NCBI RefSeq assembly: GCF_006345805.1
Contig: NW_021834402.1
Coordinates: 3,600 to 67,599 of the forward strand
DNA: 64,000 bases
Source: Octopus sinensis
Lineage: Eukaryota
Direction: 5' to 3'
Positions within the stretch are counted from its first letter, which is position 1. The number at the start of each line of letters is the position of its first letter. Of this stretch, positions 24,275 to 36,952 are shown one piece after another. A model generated the notes under the pieces. It had not been told where the DNA came from, did no database searches, and saw only the letters and a list, made by a program, of their open reading frames with translations. Position numbers and translations under genes: made by a program.

Positions 24275-25453
24275 CAGGGAGTCCCAAAAATATTGATATC
24301 ATTTCGGAGTTAATAACATAGCTAGTCCTCACTCAAATAGTCTCAAATTTTAACAAAATGTGTAAAAACTAACTTTGGATCGGGCATTCCAGTGATAATG
24401 ACAAGGTGCTGTTGAAATGATTATCACGTTCACTTGACTTGAGATTTTGTGATTTTTCTTCTATGGGGCTATGTCAAAGGATTGGTCCATATCCCCATAT
24501 TTTCCTACAAGCCTAGAGGAACTCACAAAGAGAATCCCCGAAGTGCTGGAGAAAGTTACGCAAGACCTGCAACAGCGTATCTATTTCTTTACTACCCGCA
24601 AGGGGCTAAACACAAAGAAGACAAACAAGGACAGACAAACCGATTAAGTCGATTATATCGACCTCAGTGCGTAACTGGTATTTAATTTATCGACCCCGAA
24701 AGGATGAAAGGCACAGTCGACCTCAGCGGAATTTGAACTCAGAACGTAGCGGTAGATGAAATACCAATTTCTTTACTACCCACAGGGGCTAAACACAGAG
24801 AGCGCAAACAAGGACAGACTAACATCGACCCCAGTGCGTAACTAGTATTTAATTTATCGACCCCGAAAGGATGAAAGACAAAGTCGACCTCGGCGGAATT
24901 TGAACTTAACGGCAGAACTTAACGGCAGACGAAATACGGCTACGCATTTCGCCACCGGCGTGCTAACGTTTCTGCCAGTTCGCCGCCTTTTCTTTTTTTT
25001 TCTTCTCAGACAAATGCCTCAAAGACAGCAATGTAAAAAAAGTTGTCAGAACTTCGAAAGCACAAAAGCTGCACCACGAAGAGAACAACAGATCTTCAGA
25101 ATCGTGAATGTCATCACCGAAATCCTGCGTATCTGGCAGGAGTTAAACTACCGGCTTACAGAGAATCTCCGAAGCGCTGGAGAAAGTTACGCAAGGCCTG
25201 CAAAAGCGTATCTGGCAAAGTTGGACTGCCGACTTGACGTGTGTCATGTCACAGGCGGTGCATTTATCGAACATTTATGAAGCCTTGTGAAACCGGTTAT
25301 AAAAATCTACATCCCTTTGGATCACCTGTTCGAATTTTGATAAATAATTCTACTATTGTTCAACATGAAGCCAACCTGATCTCGTTTGAGTAAGCTTTGT
25401 AGTTACTCAGATATTCACATTTCAAACGATGTCAATAATAGGGGATCACCCTG
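24275..25453 (+). mobile_element. Tc1/mariner-superfamily DNA transposon relic
   Basis: Degenerate TIRs TA|CAGGGAGTCCC...TATTGATATC and GATGTCAATA...GGGGATCACCCTG|TA. Peptide remnants ...FLLWGYVK... and ...RIWQELNYRL...LDCRLDVCHVTGGAFIEHL* resemble Tc1/mariner transposase C-termini. Confidence 0.7.
24582..24987 (-). mobile_element. SINE-B dimer (head + body + body) inside the transposon relic
   Basis: Internal junction at 24764/24765 (plus strand ...GTAGATGAAATAC|CAATTTCTTTAC), the same position as in the 9.1-10.4 kb array. Confidence 0.85.
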
Positions 25454-26317
25454 TATATATACATACATATATAATGTATGTGTATATGTGTGTATGTGTG
25501 TTTTCATGTACATTTATGCATATGTAGGAAGAATAAGAATCAATTTCAATAATAAAAGTTAAAAAAAGAACAATAAATAAAGAAATAAACAAAAGCAGTA
25601 TTTTGTTTTGTCTGACATTCTACATATTTTTTTGTTGTTATGCGTTTCGTTTACATATAAGATTTTTCTTTTTTAATATCTCTCCCTCCCTGACTCTCTC
25701 TCTCTCTCTCTCTCTCTCTTACACTTACTCACACACATTCACACACACTCACACACATGCGCGCGCTTTCTCTTGCGCACATATACATTTACACGTACGC
25801 ACCACACGCTGAAAAGTTAGCATGTTATCTCCTCTACGTATCTACAAAACCTTGAATCATCTGACAAATTTCTGACTGTTACAGGACAAATTCTACGTTC
25901 GTACAAACCAGAAAGACACCAAGCAATCGGATATGAGAGAAATCTTGTCTCATATCTGTTGCCTTGATGTCTACACACAATTGACACGGTTTCATCATAT
26001 TTTTCTTGTAGTTTTACTTTTTTTCTGTCATTTTTTTTTCTGTAGCTAGTATCATAACTGCTGTATCACATTAACCGACCGAGAGACGCAGTCCAGCCCT
26101 ACTAGCTCTCTCTCACTCAGATTTGCCATATAAATTGTATATATGATCACAAACAGTGCAACAAGGAGATACGCTTTAATAGGGTAACCCGGCGTTGCCT
26201 GTGTGAAATAAATATATAAGCATGTTTATACTGTCCTTCATATATATATATACATATACATATGTCATTTAGAATGAAGAGGTGCGAATTGTACATCTAC
26301 TGAATGTCATATACATA

Positions 26318-26352
<35 letters not shown>

Positions 26353-26357
<5 letters not shown>

Positions 26358-26560
26358 ACCCAAACAAGAAAGCACAAAAAACACAACAATGCGAGGACGT
26401 GGAACAAATATAGTATTATTGGACGCTCAGGTAAGAAGGAAAGAAGGAGGGTTTATCGTTTCGAGCGGAGCTCTTCGTCAGAAACATAGGAGAAGGAAAG
26501 ATCCAGAGAAGGGAAGACAGAGGTAAAAAAAAAAGCCAACGGTACACACGAGGTCACATT
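26353..26560 (-). mobile_element. ~200-bp Penelope-pLTR/retrozyme-like unit with a hammerhead motif
   Basis: Homologous end-to-end to 51849-52046. Contains (minus strand) GTTT-CTGACGA-AGAGCTCCGCTC-GAAAC-GAT-AAAC at 26451-26485 and is flanked by (TA)n on both sides. Confidence 0.65.
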
Positions 26561-27228
26561 TATATATATATATATATATATCACGGTGATATTGTTTCCG
26601 TACTCAAGCGAATCAACCAGGTGGCCGTCTAATGTTCATGATGATGATGATGATGATGATTATGATGATGTTGATGATGATCATGATGATGACGATGAGG
26701 ATGATAGCGGCTTGGTAACAATTGCCTCTGAGTTACGCACAAGGCTTGCAGTCGTTGCAAGTTAGGATGTTGAATGGGTAAATAGAAAAAAGCCACTGAT
26801 TGTCTGATACGTTAGTGAAACAAAACAAGTGGGGACGAGAGGCAAAGATGATCTTGATGGGAGATTGAACCCAAAACCTATAGAGCGTCATCAAATACTG
26901 CAAGCCATTTGTTTCGCTGTTCTAACCATTCTGCCGTGCCACCGCCCTTAGGATAGAAATCCAATAATAGTTACATGAGTAGCTAGATATATGTCTAAGG
27001 AAGCACGAAGTGGTATTGGTTTTTAAGCTAGTTACCGCTTCCGGGCGTAGTAACTTCTATTGAATGTCTATTGTTTCTGACTACAATTATCTGACGACGC
27101 CTTATACCATATTTGCATTTTGAATTTAGTTTAGTTTTATATTCTGTAACTTTATTCCTTTTAAATATTTCTAAATAATGTGCAAACTTTATAATAATAA
27201 TTATCTCATTTCATAGGGCTAACAAACA

Positions 27229-27281
<53 letters not shown>

Positions 27282-27304
27282 GTATGCACACATATATCTA
27301 CGTA

Positions 27305-27352
<48 letters not shown>

Positions 27353-27354
27353 AC

Positions 27355-27391
<37 letters not shown>

Positions 27392-27480
27392 TAGAAAGAT
27401 AGATAGATACATACATACACACATACGTATACATAAACATACTAACATATATGTGTGTGTATGCGACGTTTGCATGTTGA

Positions 27481-27511
<31 letters not shown>

Positions 27512-27516
27512 ATATA

Positions 27517-27568
<52 letters not shown>

Positions 27569-28424
27569 ATTTATGTATGTATGTATCATATATATGTATT
27601 AATATGTGGTGTGAATATGTATGTATGCGAGTGTGTGTTGCGTGTCTATGTGTCTCCGTGTCTATGTCTCTGTGTGTGCTTGTGCGCATGTGTAATGCAA
27701 TCGTCGTCTGGTGTGGTTTCGTTACAGATATTTCGTGTCCGTGTTTTTATTTTAATGTCTTGTATACGACACATTTGTCATCTGATATATTTGCACGAAA
27801 GTTTTCAATGTGCATTTGCATTTCATTTAAATTTTTCAAACGAAATTTTATTCAAACATACCGGAAGTATATTGTAAGTTGAGCTTGTAATTTCAATAGA
27901 CGTAGAAGTATAATAAATTACACTAATACACTCAAACTATGAAAATGTATACATCGCATGTATACATACATGCATAATAATTTCACTTACCTACATTCAT
28001 AATCTGAGCTTATAGCTCATATATGATTATGATTAGAGGCAAACTTACGCACGTATATACGATTACAAACAATGATACACACACACATGTATGGAAGCAC
28101 GTAGGTGTGTGTATAATTATGAGTGCGTTTGCTTGAATTAGAGGTGTTTTGTTATCAAACAAATGAAAAACGGATCATTATACCTGCATTCGAATGCGCA
28201 TAAATGTTTGTTTACGTGCTTTGGTTTGTCAATTGTTTTTACATTTACGTACGTACGTATGTATGTATGCATGTATACTTGCATGCACCTATGTGTTTAT
28301 GTACGCATGTATGTATGTATGTATGTATGTATGTACGTATGTATTTATGTATGTATATAACATATAAACGTATATTCGCATATATGTGCATGTATTTATG
28401 CTTACATGCACGTTGGGAGGTATT

Positions 28425-28465
<41 letters not shown>

Positions 28466-28495
28466 TATATATATATATATATACATATATATCAA

Positions 28496-28539
<44 letters not shown>

Positions 28540-28645
28540 CAATATATATATATATACATACATATATATGTGTGTGTACATATATATTGTTATACTGACG
28601 TATATATTAGCACAGGTATTTGTATATATATCAGCCTATATATGC

Positions 28646-28677
<32 letters not shown>

Positions 28678-28793
28678 ATGTGTGTATAATTTATATGCAT
28701 ATATGCATGCACATACATATATGCATATATGTGTAAATATATATCTATGTATATGTGTGTACGTATACATGTATATATATGAATGTGTGTACA

Positions 28794-28850
<57 letters not shown>

Positions 28851-29212
28851 ATATATATAGATATATATATATATATTATATATACACACACACATATATT
28901 CTTACTGATAGTTCTAATTACTGTTTCTGTTCATCTTTGTATACCTATCATTCTACACATTTTAAAATTAATTTTATTCTGATTATGGGAGGACCACCTT
29001 GTTTTAAATACTTAAGTGTAGTTCTTTACCCAATTAAATTTTAAGTCGTGATTGAGGGTCCAATAAGGTTAGGTCATAATCAAGGACCCCAATATGAGTC
29101 CTTCTCACACTTTCGCAGAAACAGCTGTAAGCTACTGAAATCCTAAAGTTAACTGCATATCCCTTTGCCATTTTAATTTCTCATATATACATACATATAT
29201 ATATATATATAT

Positions 29213-29619
29213 ATGGCTGTGTGGTAAGTAGCTTGCTAACCAACCACATGGTTCCGGGTTCAGTCCTACTGCGTGGCATCTTGGGCGAGTGTCTTCTGCT
29301 ATAGCCCCGGGCCGACCAATGCCTTGTGAGTGTATTTGGTAGACGGAAACTGAAAGAAGCCTGTCGTATATATGTATGTATATATATATATGTGTGTGTA
29401 TGTCTGTGTGTTTGTGTGTGTGAGTTTGTCCCCCTAGCATTGCTTGACAACCGATGCTGGTGTGTTTACGTCCCCGTCACTTAGCGGTTCGGCAAAAAAG
29501 ACCGATAGAATAAGTACTGGGCTTCCAAAGAATAAGTCCCGGGGTCGATTTGCTCGACTAAAGGCGGTGCTCCAGCATGGCCGCAGTCAAATGACTGAAA
29601 CAAGTAAAAGAGTAAAAGA

Positions 29620-29621
<2 letters not shown>
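29213..29621 (+). mobile_element. SINE family A
   Basis: Near-complete copy with (AAAAGAGT)2 tail. Confidence 0.9.
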
Positions 29622-29676
<55 letters not shown>

Positions 29677-29789
29677 AATTTATTTTAGGGAATAAAAATT
29701 CCGGATAACAAGGGTTCAGATTATTGTTCCCTATTCATTGTTATAGTCTAGGATCGACTCAAGACCTGTAGGTTAATCTATGTGAATGT

Positions 29790-30058
29790 GTGGTTTACTG
29801 GTTAAGGTATTCGGCTTGTGAAGATATGGGTTTGATTTTCGCTGCTCCTATTCACTCAAATAGGAAAAATAAGTGGTACCTGTAATTCAATGGGCCATCC
29901 TTGTCATAACATTTGTCACACTGAATCTCCGTGAGAATTACGTTAAGGGTAAGCGTGCCTGTGGAGTGCTCAGCCACTTGCACGTTAATTTCACGAAAAG
30001 GCTTTTCTGTCGATCGGAATAAACTGGAACCATCATCGGTGTCGTTACCGACGGAATC
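29790..30058 (+). mobile_element. Degenerate SINE, family C/D
   Basis: Contains the shared 3' module GTACCTGTA...GTGGAGTGCTCAGCCACTTGCACGTTAATTTCACG...ACCGACGG. Confidence 0.65.
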
Positions 30059-30319
30059 CGAACGGAAAATTGTATAAAAACGTGTTGGATCTATTGCACC
30101 AGTGATTGAGAGTTAAACCCTTGTCCCGCACTGTGTCACAGTCATTATAACTGAGGATTACGTCATGAGTCACGTGTCTGTGGGTAGCTCAGATATTTCG
30201 ACTGTAATTCAGGAACAGGTTATTCAGTTGATAGGCTAACTGAATCCTTATTGTTGGAAACCATTGCAAACCGTCCATCCTTCCAGCTGTCCGCGAGTCA
30301 GCCTATCAACCCATTCTTC

Positions 30320-31020
30320 CGTCCATCCATCCGTCCTACCATCCATTCATCCATCCGTCCGTCCGTCAGGTCCGTCCTACCACCCAACAATCAGTTCATC
30401 CATCCATCTGTCAGTCCGTCTGTCCTACCATCCATTCATACATCCATCCGTGCATCCATCCATCCGTCAGTCCGTCCGTCCGTCCGTCAGTCCATCCATC
30501 CGTCAGTCCGTCCGTTCTACCATCTATCCATACATCTATCCGTGCATCCATCCATCCATCCATCCATCCATCCATCCATCCGTCCGTCCGTCCTCCATCC
30601 ATCCGTCAGTCCGTCTGTCCTACCATCCATCTATACATCTATCTGTGCATCCATCCATCCATCCATCCATCCGTCCGTCCGTTCTCCATCTATCCGTCAG
30701 TCCGTCCGTTCTACCATCCATCCATACATCTATCCGTGCATCCATCCATCCATCCATCCATCCATCCATCCATCCATCCGTCCGTCCGTCCGTCAGTCCA
30801 TCCATCCGTCAGTCCGTCTGTCCTACCATCCATCCATACATCCATCCGTGCATCCATCCATCCATCCATCCGACAGTCCGTCCATCCATCCATCCGTCAG
30901 TCCGCCAGTCCTACCATCCATCCATCCATCCATCCATCCATCCTGTCCATTAACTCGACCGTCCGTCAGTCAGTCAGTCGGTCGGCCGGTCGGTCGGTCG
31001 GTCGGTCCGTTCGTCCAGCC
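30320..31020. repeat. Higher-order (CATC)/(CGTC) minisatellite
   Basis: Recurring CCGTCAGTCCGTC...CTACCATC...ATACATC...GTGCATCC blocks. Confidence 0.9.
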
Positions 31021-31569
31021 ATACTTCCATCATTCTATATCACATATGACAAAATAAGTAGTTAACAAATCTTCAAAATGTAGTCTAATTAAATGCAAGG
31101 CACAAATGCGGCTAGAAAACTCCAAACTCGGGTGTTAGAAGGTTATGTAGACAGAGCGAAAGATAAGGTTATGGACTGGAACAAAGAACCAGAAAGAGAG
31201 TGAGAGAGGGAGAGATGGAGAGAGAGAGATGGAGAAAGAGAAAGAGAAGGAGAGAGAGGCTTTGGAGGGCAGAAATAGTGAAAGACAGAAACTAAAATTT
31301 ACATAAGAATATTTTCTCATACGTTCTTATATTTTAGTAGTAAATGTTGTAATTAAATACATAAGACATAATTATATGTAATTAACTTAATTGTGTAGTT
31401 AGTATGAACGTTGTATGATGAAGAAAAAGACTTTGGTGGAATACGCAGGTGTATATTGTCATGGTTGTTTGTTGTTCTTGTTGTTTTTCTTGTCTAACCG
31501 ACTTATGAAGAAAGACATTTCAACGTTTAAAATAGCGACACTTTTCTTTGTTTTGTATTTTTTCTTTTT

Positions 31570-31749
31570 ATTGTCATTTGAATGCGGCCATGCTGAAGCA
31601 TCGCCCTTAGTCGAACAAGTCGACTTATTTTTTGTAAGCCTAGTAATTAATTTTATCGGTCACTTTTGCCGCACCGTTATGTTACGTGGACATAAAGACA
31701 TCAACATCGCTGTCAAACGATTGTGGGGTGACACACACAAACACACACA

Positions 31750-31780
<31 letters not shown>

Positions 31781-31948
31781 GACGGTCCATTTCCAGATAC
31801 CGTCTACCAAATCCACTTACAGGGCAAGGCTTTCATTAGCCCGGGGTCATAGGAGAAAACACTTGCCAAAGGTGCCATGCAGTGGAACTGAACCCGGTAC
31901 TATGTTGTTGGGAAGCAAGTTGCTTGCCCCACAGACGCACCTGCACCT
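31570..31948 (-). mobile_element. Degenerate SINE family A
   Basis: Recognisable tail, body and head with many substitutions. Confidence 0.7.
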
Positions 31949-32242
31949 GTTTCCTAATTATTGAAATTTTTATTCAATGCGTCCCATTTTCGTGTTTTCC
32001 TTGGTATAATTCCGTATCAAGAGCAACAGAATCGGCAACTCTTTCCAGGTGGCTGATTAATTAAGAGATTGAAATCACAGGAAAAATTATCTACTAATTG
32101 CTCTTATTTCTACTCAGTGGTTTGACATATGCAATGAAATTTCATAGCACTTAATGAACGCTACTCTAACATCCTCTATGTTCGTATATCACTTTCATCT
32201 ATCTATCTATCTATCTATCATCTATCTATCTATCTATCTATC

Positions 32243-32292
<50 letters not shown>

Positions 32293-32596
32293 TTATCTAT
32301 CTATCTGTCTATCTATCTCTTTCTGCCTCTCCCTCTGTCTCTCTCTCTCTCTGTCACTATATCTATGCATATAAATGCATAGATAAATTGTAAATATACA
32401 TACACACATACATACATGCATACATACATACATATATATATATATATGTATGTATGTATACATATACATATATGGATAATGATATATATATGATAAATGA
32501 TTTTATAGGCATATACATATATGATAAATTATTATATATACATTTATTTAACGCATTAATAATTAACGAATACGTATATATATATATATATATATA

Positions 32597-33050
32597 AAAC
32601 TTAGAAACTTAGATATGTTTCGACCAAAGATTGGTCCAGGCCATGTCTAACTTAATGGCACCACCTGATAGGATTATTCGAATCCTGTTTAAGTCAAGTT
32701 TTGTTCAAGTAGTGAGTTCTTGTTGGGTGAGTTGTATCAAGTTTTGTTCAAGTAGTGAGTTCTTGTTGGGTGAGTTGTATCCAATTATGGGTGGCTTATC
32801 TGGTATTCTTTGAAGGAATCTATCCAGACTCTGTTTAAAGTTGATGGGATCCTTTTCCTCTTTGATCTCCCTCGGGACAATGTTAAATAGGGCAGGGCCT
32901 GTTGAGGAAAAGAAATTATGTTGCATTGTACATGTATGTTGTGATCTTGAATTGGGCAGGGGACGTATAGCCCGTGGTCCAAGTCTTGGATGAACCTTAA
33001 AGCTAATGTTTAGGTCGTTTGGGCAAAGTTGGCGGTATATTTTCCACATC
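32597..33050 (-). mobile_element. 5'-truncated CR1/L2-group LINE (RT C-terminus, 3'UTR and short-repeat tail)
   Basis: Encodes ...GPALFNIVPREIKEEKDPINFKQSLDRFLQRIPDKP...NSLLEQ, like CR1-group RT ends. The 3' stem-loop GACCAA-TCT-TTGGTC is followed by (TCTAAGTT)2. Confidence 0.7.
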
Positions 33051-33084
33051 GTACAAATACTTACATACATATATATATTCCATT

Positions 33085-33405
33085 GCTTGTTTCAGTCATT
33101 TGACTGCGGCCATGCTGGAACACCACCTTTAGTCGAATAAATCGACCCAAGAACTTATTCCTTATAAGCCTATTATATAGGTCACTTTTGACGAACTGCT
33201 ATATTTCGGAACGTAAACACATTAACAGCGGTTATGAAGCAATGGTGTGGGTACAAACACAGGCACACATACATACACCCATACACAAACAAATATATAT
33301 ATACGACGGGATTCTTTAAGTTTCCATCTACCAAATCCACTCTCAAGGTTTGGTCGGCCCGAGACTATAATAGAAGACAATTACCCAAGGTGCCACGCAG
33401 TGGGA
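33085..33405 (-). mobile_element. Degenerate SINE family A
   Basis: GTTTCAGTCATTTGACTGCGGCC tail and body, with the head truncated. Confidence 0.7.
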
Positions 33406-33541
33406 ATGAACGCACATATAGTTGTGATGCATGTGCCTAGTGTACACTTATCAGACTGGTTGTCATGATGGGTATATTGGGCTTCGTATATTTCTACCCT
33501 AGTGTCACTTTGATGGCACGCGTTACTCTCTCACTCAATAC

Positions 33542-33615
<74 letters not shown>

Positions 33616-33668
33616 TATAGCACTCTATACACACATACACAAACAAACGCAAACACACACATACACAA

Positions 33669-33699
<31 letters not shown>

Positions 33700-34423
33700 G
33701 GCCGGGCTTCTTTCATACTCCATCTACGAAATCCACTCACAAGGCATTCATTTTTAACTTCTGTCAATTAGAGACAATTAACTGATATGTGTATACACAC
33801 ACATCCATATATACACACACCGATATACATACATATATATATATATATGTATTAGAAACAAAAGCTTAGCTTTATTCCTGAGAAAAACAAAACAGCTACG
33901 CTAAAATTAAAACAGATAAAATAAAAAGAAAACAAAACGAGAAATAAAAGCGAGAAACCCTGGGGGTTACATGTGTTGATGAATAGAACGAGAATCTATA
34001 TAGGAAAGAAAAACAAAATAATGTATTCGCATGGACAACAACAACAACATCAACAACAACAGGAGCAGCAGCAACAGTAACAATAACAATAAGAAGTAAT
34101 AAGTAACGATATTTGTTTCAAATCATATCAATGATAGCGTGCTAGTGGTACATGGATGAACCTCTAAACACAAGCTACTTTCCATGATGTCGTCCCTTTG
34201 GGAATATCTCTGCTCTTCTGTTCAGCACTCTTTCACCAAGACGTTATACACACACGCTATCTTCTACGTATGTTTATTTTCCCTTCTATGTATATATAGA
34301 TATTTTTCGTTGTTGCTGTTGTTTGTTTCGCTTATTGTATTTGTCTAGTGAAATCCCTAGTGTCTCTTGAGTTCCTCTCTCCTCTCCTTTTCTCTTTTTT
34401 TTTTCTCTTTCCTACATTTTAAA

Positions 34424-34461
<38 letters not shown>

Positions 34462-34689
34462 CGCTCTCTCTATCTCTTTTCCTCGATGCTTTTCAATGCA
34501 TTTCAATGCATCTCCGATGACAATCTTTTGATTGCTTATGGAAACAGAACAAAACGCAAAAGGTAAAAAAATAAATAAATAAATAAGGAACTGAAATAAA
34601 GATAAAAAAATAAAATAAAAATTAACAAAAAATAGATAAAAACATCTTTGTACAAAAGATAGTCTCTCAATGGTTTCTGCTGCTAAACC

Positions 34690-34712
34690 TTGTTGCAATC
34701 GCTTCTCTCGCA

Positions 34713-34801
<89 letters not shown>

Positions 34802-34823
34802 CAATAACAATAACAACAACAAC

Positions 34824-34860
<37 letters not shown>

Positions 34861-34869
34861 GTAATAATG

Positions 34870-34903
<34 letters not shown>

Positions 34904-35040
34904 TAATAATAATAATAATAATGATAATAGTAATAATAATAATAATAATTATAATAATAATACTACTACCACCACAACTTGTTGCTACTGTTGTTGCTGA
35001 AATTATTGTTATTAATATTAATATTGTTGTTGTTATTCTT
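34690..35040. repeat. (ACT)n/(AAT)n/(AAC)n trinucleotide complex
   Basis: Directly visible. Confidence 0.95.
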
Positions 35041-35671
35041 ATTCTTCTGCTTGCACTAAACTGCCTCTGTATCTCTCCGTATGATATTAAACGGAGCCAG
35101 CGAACAAAAGCGTTGCTTTCTATGAATATAAATATATTAGTGCATGTACGTGTGCGTGTGTGTGCGCGAGTGTGCGAGTACGAATGTGAGTCTGGACGTA
35201 TGAGTGTGTGTGTGTGTGTGTATGTGTATGTGTGTGTTTGAAGCAATGGTATATTCTCCATTATATATGTAACATTGTCCATTCACACGGAAACTCATGT
35301 TGAAGACGTAAATTATGGTCTTCACTTCAAAATACAAGCGTTAGTAATATATTTGTAGGCTTTCTCGATCCCCATATTTCTCGTATATTTCTTTTTCCGT
35401 TTCGACACATTCTCTGTTTTTGTGTATGGGAGTGTGTAGGTGTATACGTATCTACATACACACATAAGTATCGATGGATCTCCGTCGGTGTCGACGATGA
35501 ATATTCAGCTCTACGTTCAACTGAATGAACCTGGTAATTTACTTCACCTATAATTGAGAGAATTTTCAAAAAAATCCTGTACCCTTAACAAAATTCTGTG
35601 ACCGAATCATTGTGGCGAAACGCATGACAAAAACTGTAACTTTGAAGTGCAGGTAGTAAACATTCTTTTAA

Positions 35672-36086
35672 GGCGGTGAGCTGGCGGAATCGTTAGCACG
35701 CCGGGCGAAATGCTAAACGGTATTTCGCTTGCCGCTACGTTCTGAGTTCAAATTCCGCCGAGGTCGACTTGGCATTTCATCCTTTCGGAGTCGATTAAAT
35801 GGGTACGAGTTACGCACTGGGGTCGATATAATCGACTTAATCCGTTCGTCTGTCCTTGTTTGTTCCCTCTGTGTTTAGACCCTTGTGGGTAGTAAAGAAA
35901 TAGGTATTTCATCTGCCGTTACGTTCTGATTTCAAATTCCGCCGAGGTCGAATTTGCCTTTCATCTTTTCGGGGTCGATAAATTAAGTACCAGTCACGCA
36001 CTGGGGTCGATGTAATCAACTTAATCCGTTTGTCTGTCCTTGTTTGTCCCCTCTATGTTTAGCCACTTGTGGGCAATAAAGAAATA
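35672..36086 (+). mobile_element. SINE-B dimer (head + body + body)
   Basis: Junction AAAGAAATA|G-GTATTTCATCTGCCG at about 35903. Outer near-identical TSD AAACATT(C)TTTTAAG at 35658-35672 and 36090-36103. Confidence 0.9.
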
Positions 36087-36257
36087 AGAAAACATTTTTT
36101 AAGCTTCTGCATTGATTCCGTCTATCGAATTTTATTCACAAGGTATTTGGCATTCCTCCAAAATGTGACTCAAACAAATCGAACCCCATATTTCACATAA
36201 ACTTATGCATATAGATGTGCGTATCGGTATTTTTATACATACATGTGATAGTATGGA

Positions 36258-36641
36258 TGGAAGCACTCCGTCGGTTACGACGACGAGGGTTCCGGTTGAT
36301 CCGATCAACGGAACAGCCTGCTCGTGAAATTAACGTGAAAGTGGCTGAGCACTCCACAGACACGTGTACCCTTAACGTAGTTCTCGGGGATATTCAGCGT
36401 GACACAGAGAGTGACAAGGCCGGCCCTTTGAAATACAGGTATAACAGAAACAGGAAGTAATAGTGAGAGAAAGTTGTGGTGAAAGAGTACAGCAGGGATC
36501 AGCACCATCCCCTGCCGGAGCCTCGTGGAACTTTAGGTGTTTTCGCTCAATAAACACTCACAACGCCCGGTCTGGGAATCGAAACCGCGATCCTATGACC
36601 ACGAGTCCGCTGCCCTAACCACTGGGCCATTGCGCATCCAC
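36258..36641 (-). mobile_element. SINE family C (full length)
   Basis: Reverse complement GTGGATGCGCAATGGCCCAGTGGTTAGGGCAGCGG (A box)...GGTTTCGATTCCC (B box), followed by the core and 3' module. Confidence 0.85.
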
Positions 36642-36952
36642 ATGAGATAGTATATTCAATAAAACATACCCATCAATTGGAGGTATGGGGATCAATTTGA
36701 TATTAATATATTCGTGAGTATTTCACTCTCTAATTTGGCCGATCGCTAGTAGAGGCATTAGAAAATGGTTAAATTTATAGTCTTTTGTTATTTTACCTGT
36801 TTCACTTGACTGTTGCCAGGCTGAATCTAAGTTACGGGGACGTAAACATACTAACACCGATTATCCAGTTGTGTTTCGTAAAGCTGCTGCAACGATTTCT
36901 ACAGTTATGTGCATAAATTAGATGGAAATTATAACAAAAAAAAAACTGATTT

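Noticed and set aside
32610-32645. Second hammerhead-like motif (stem + GAAAC) in the CR1-like 3' end
   Set aside because: The CUGAnGA core is absent (CCUGGACC / UCUGGACC); it is better explained as a LINE 3' stem-loop.
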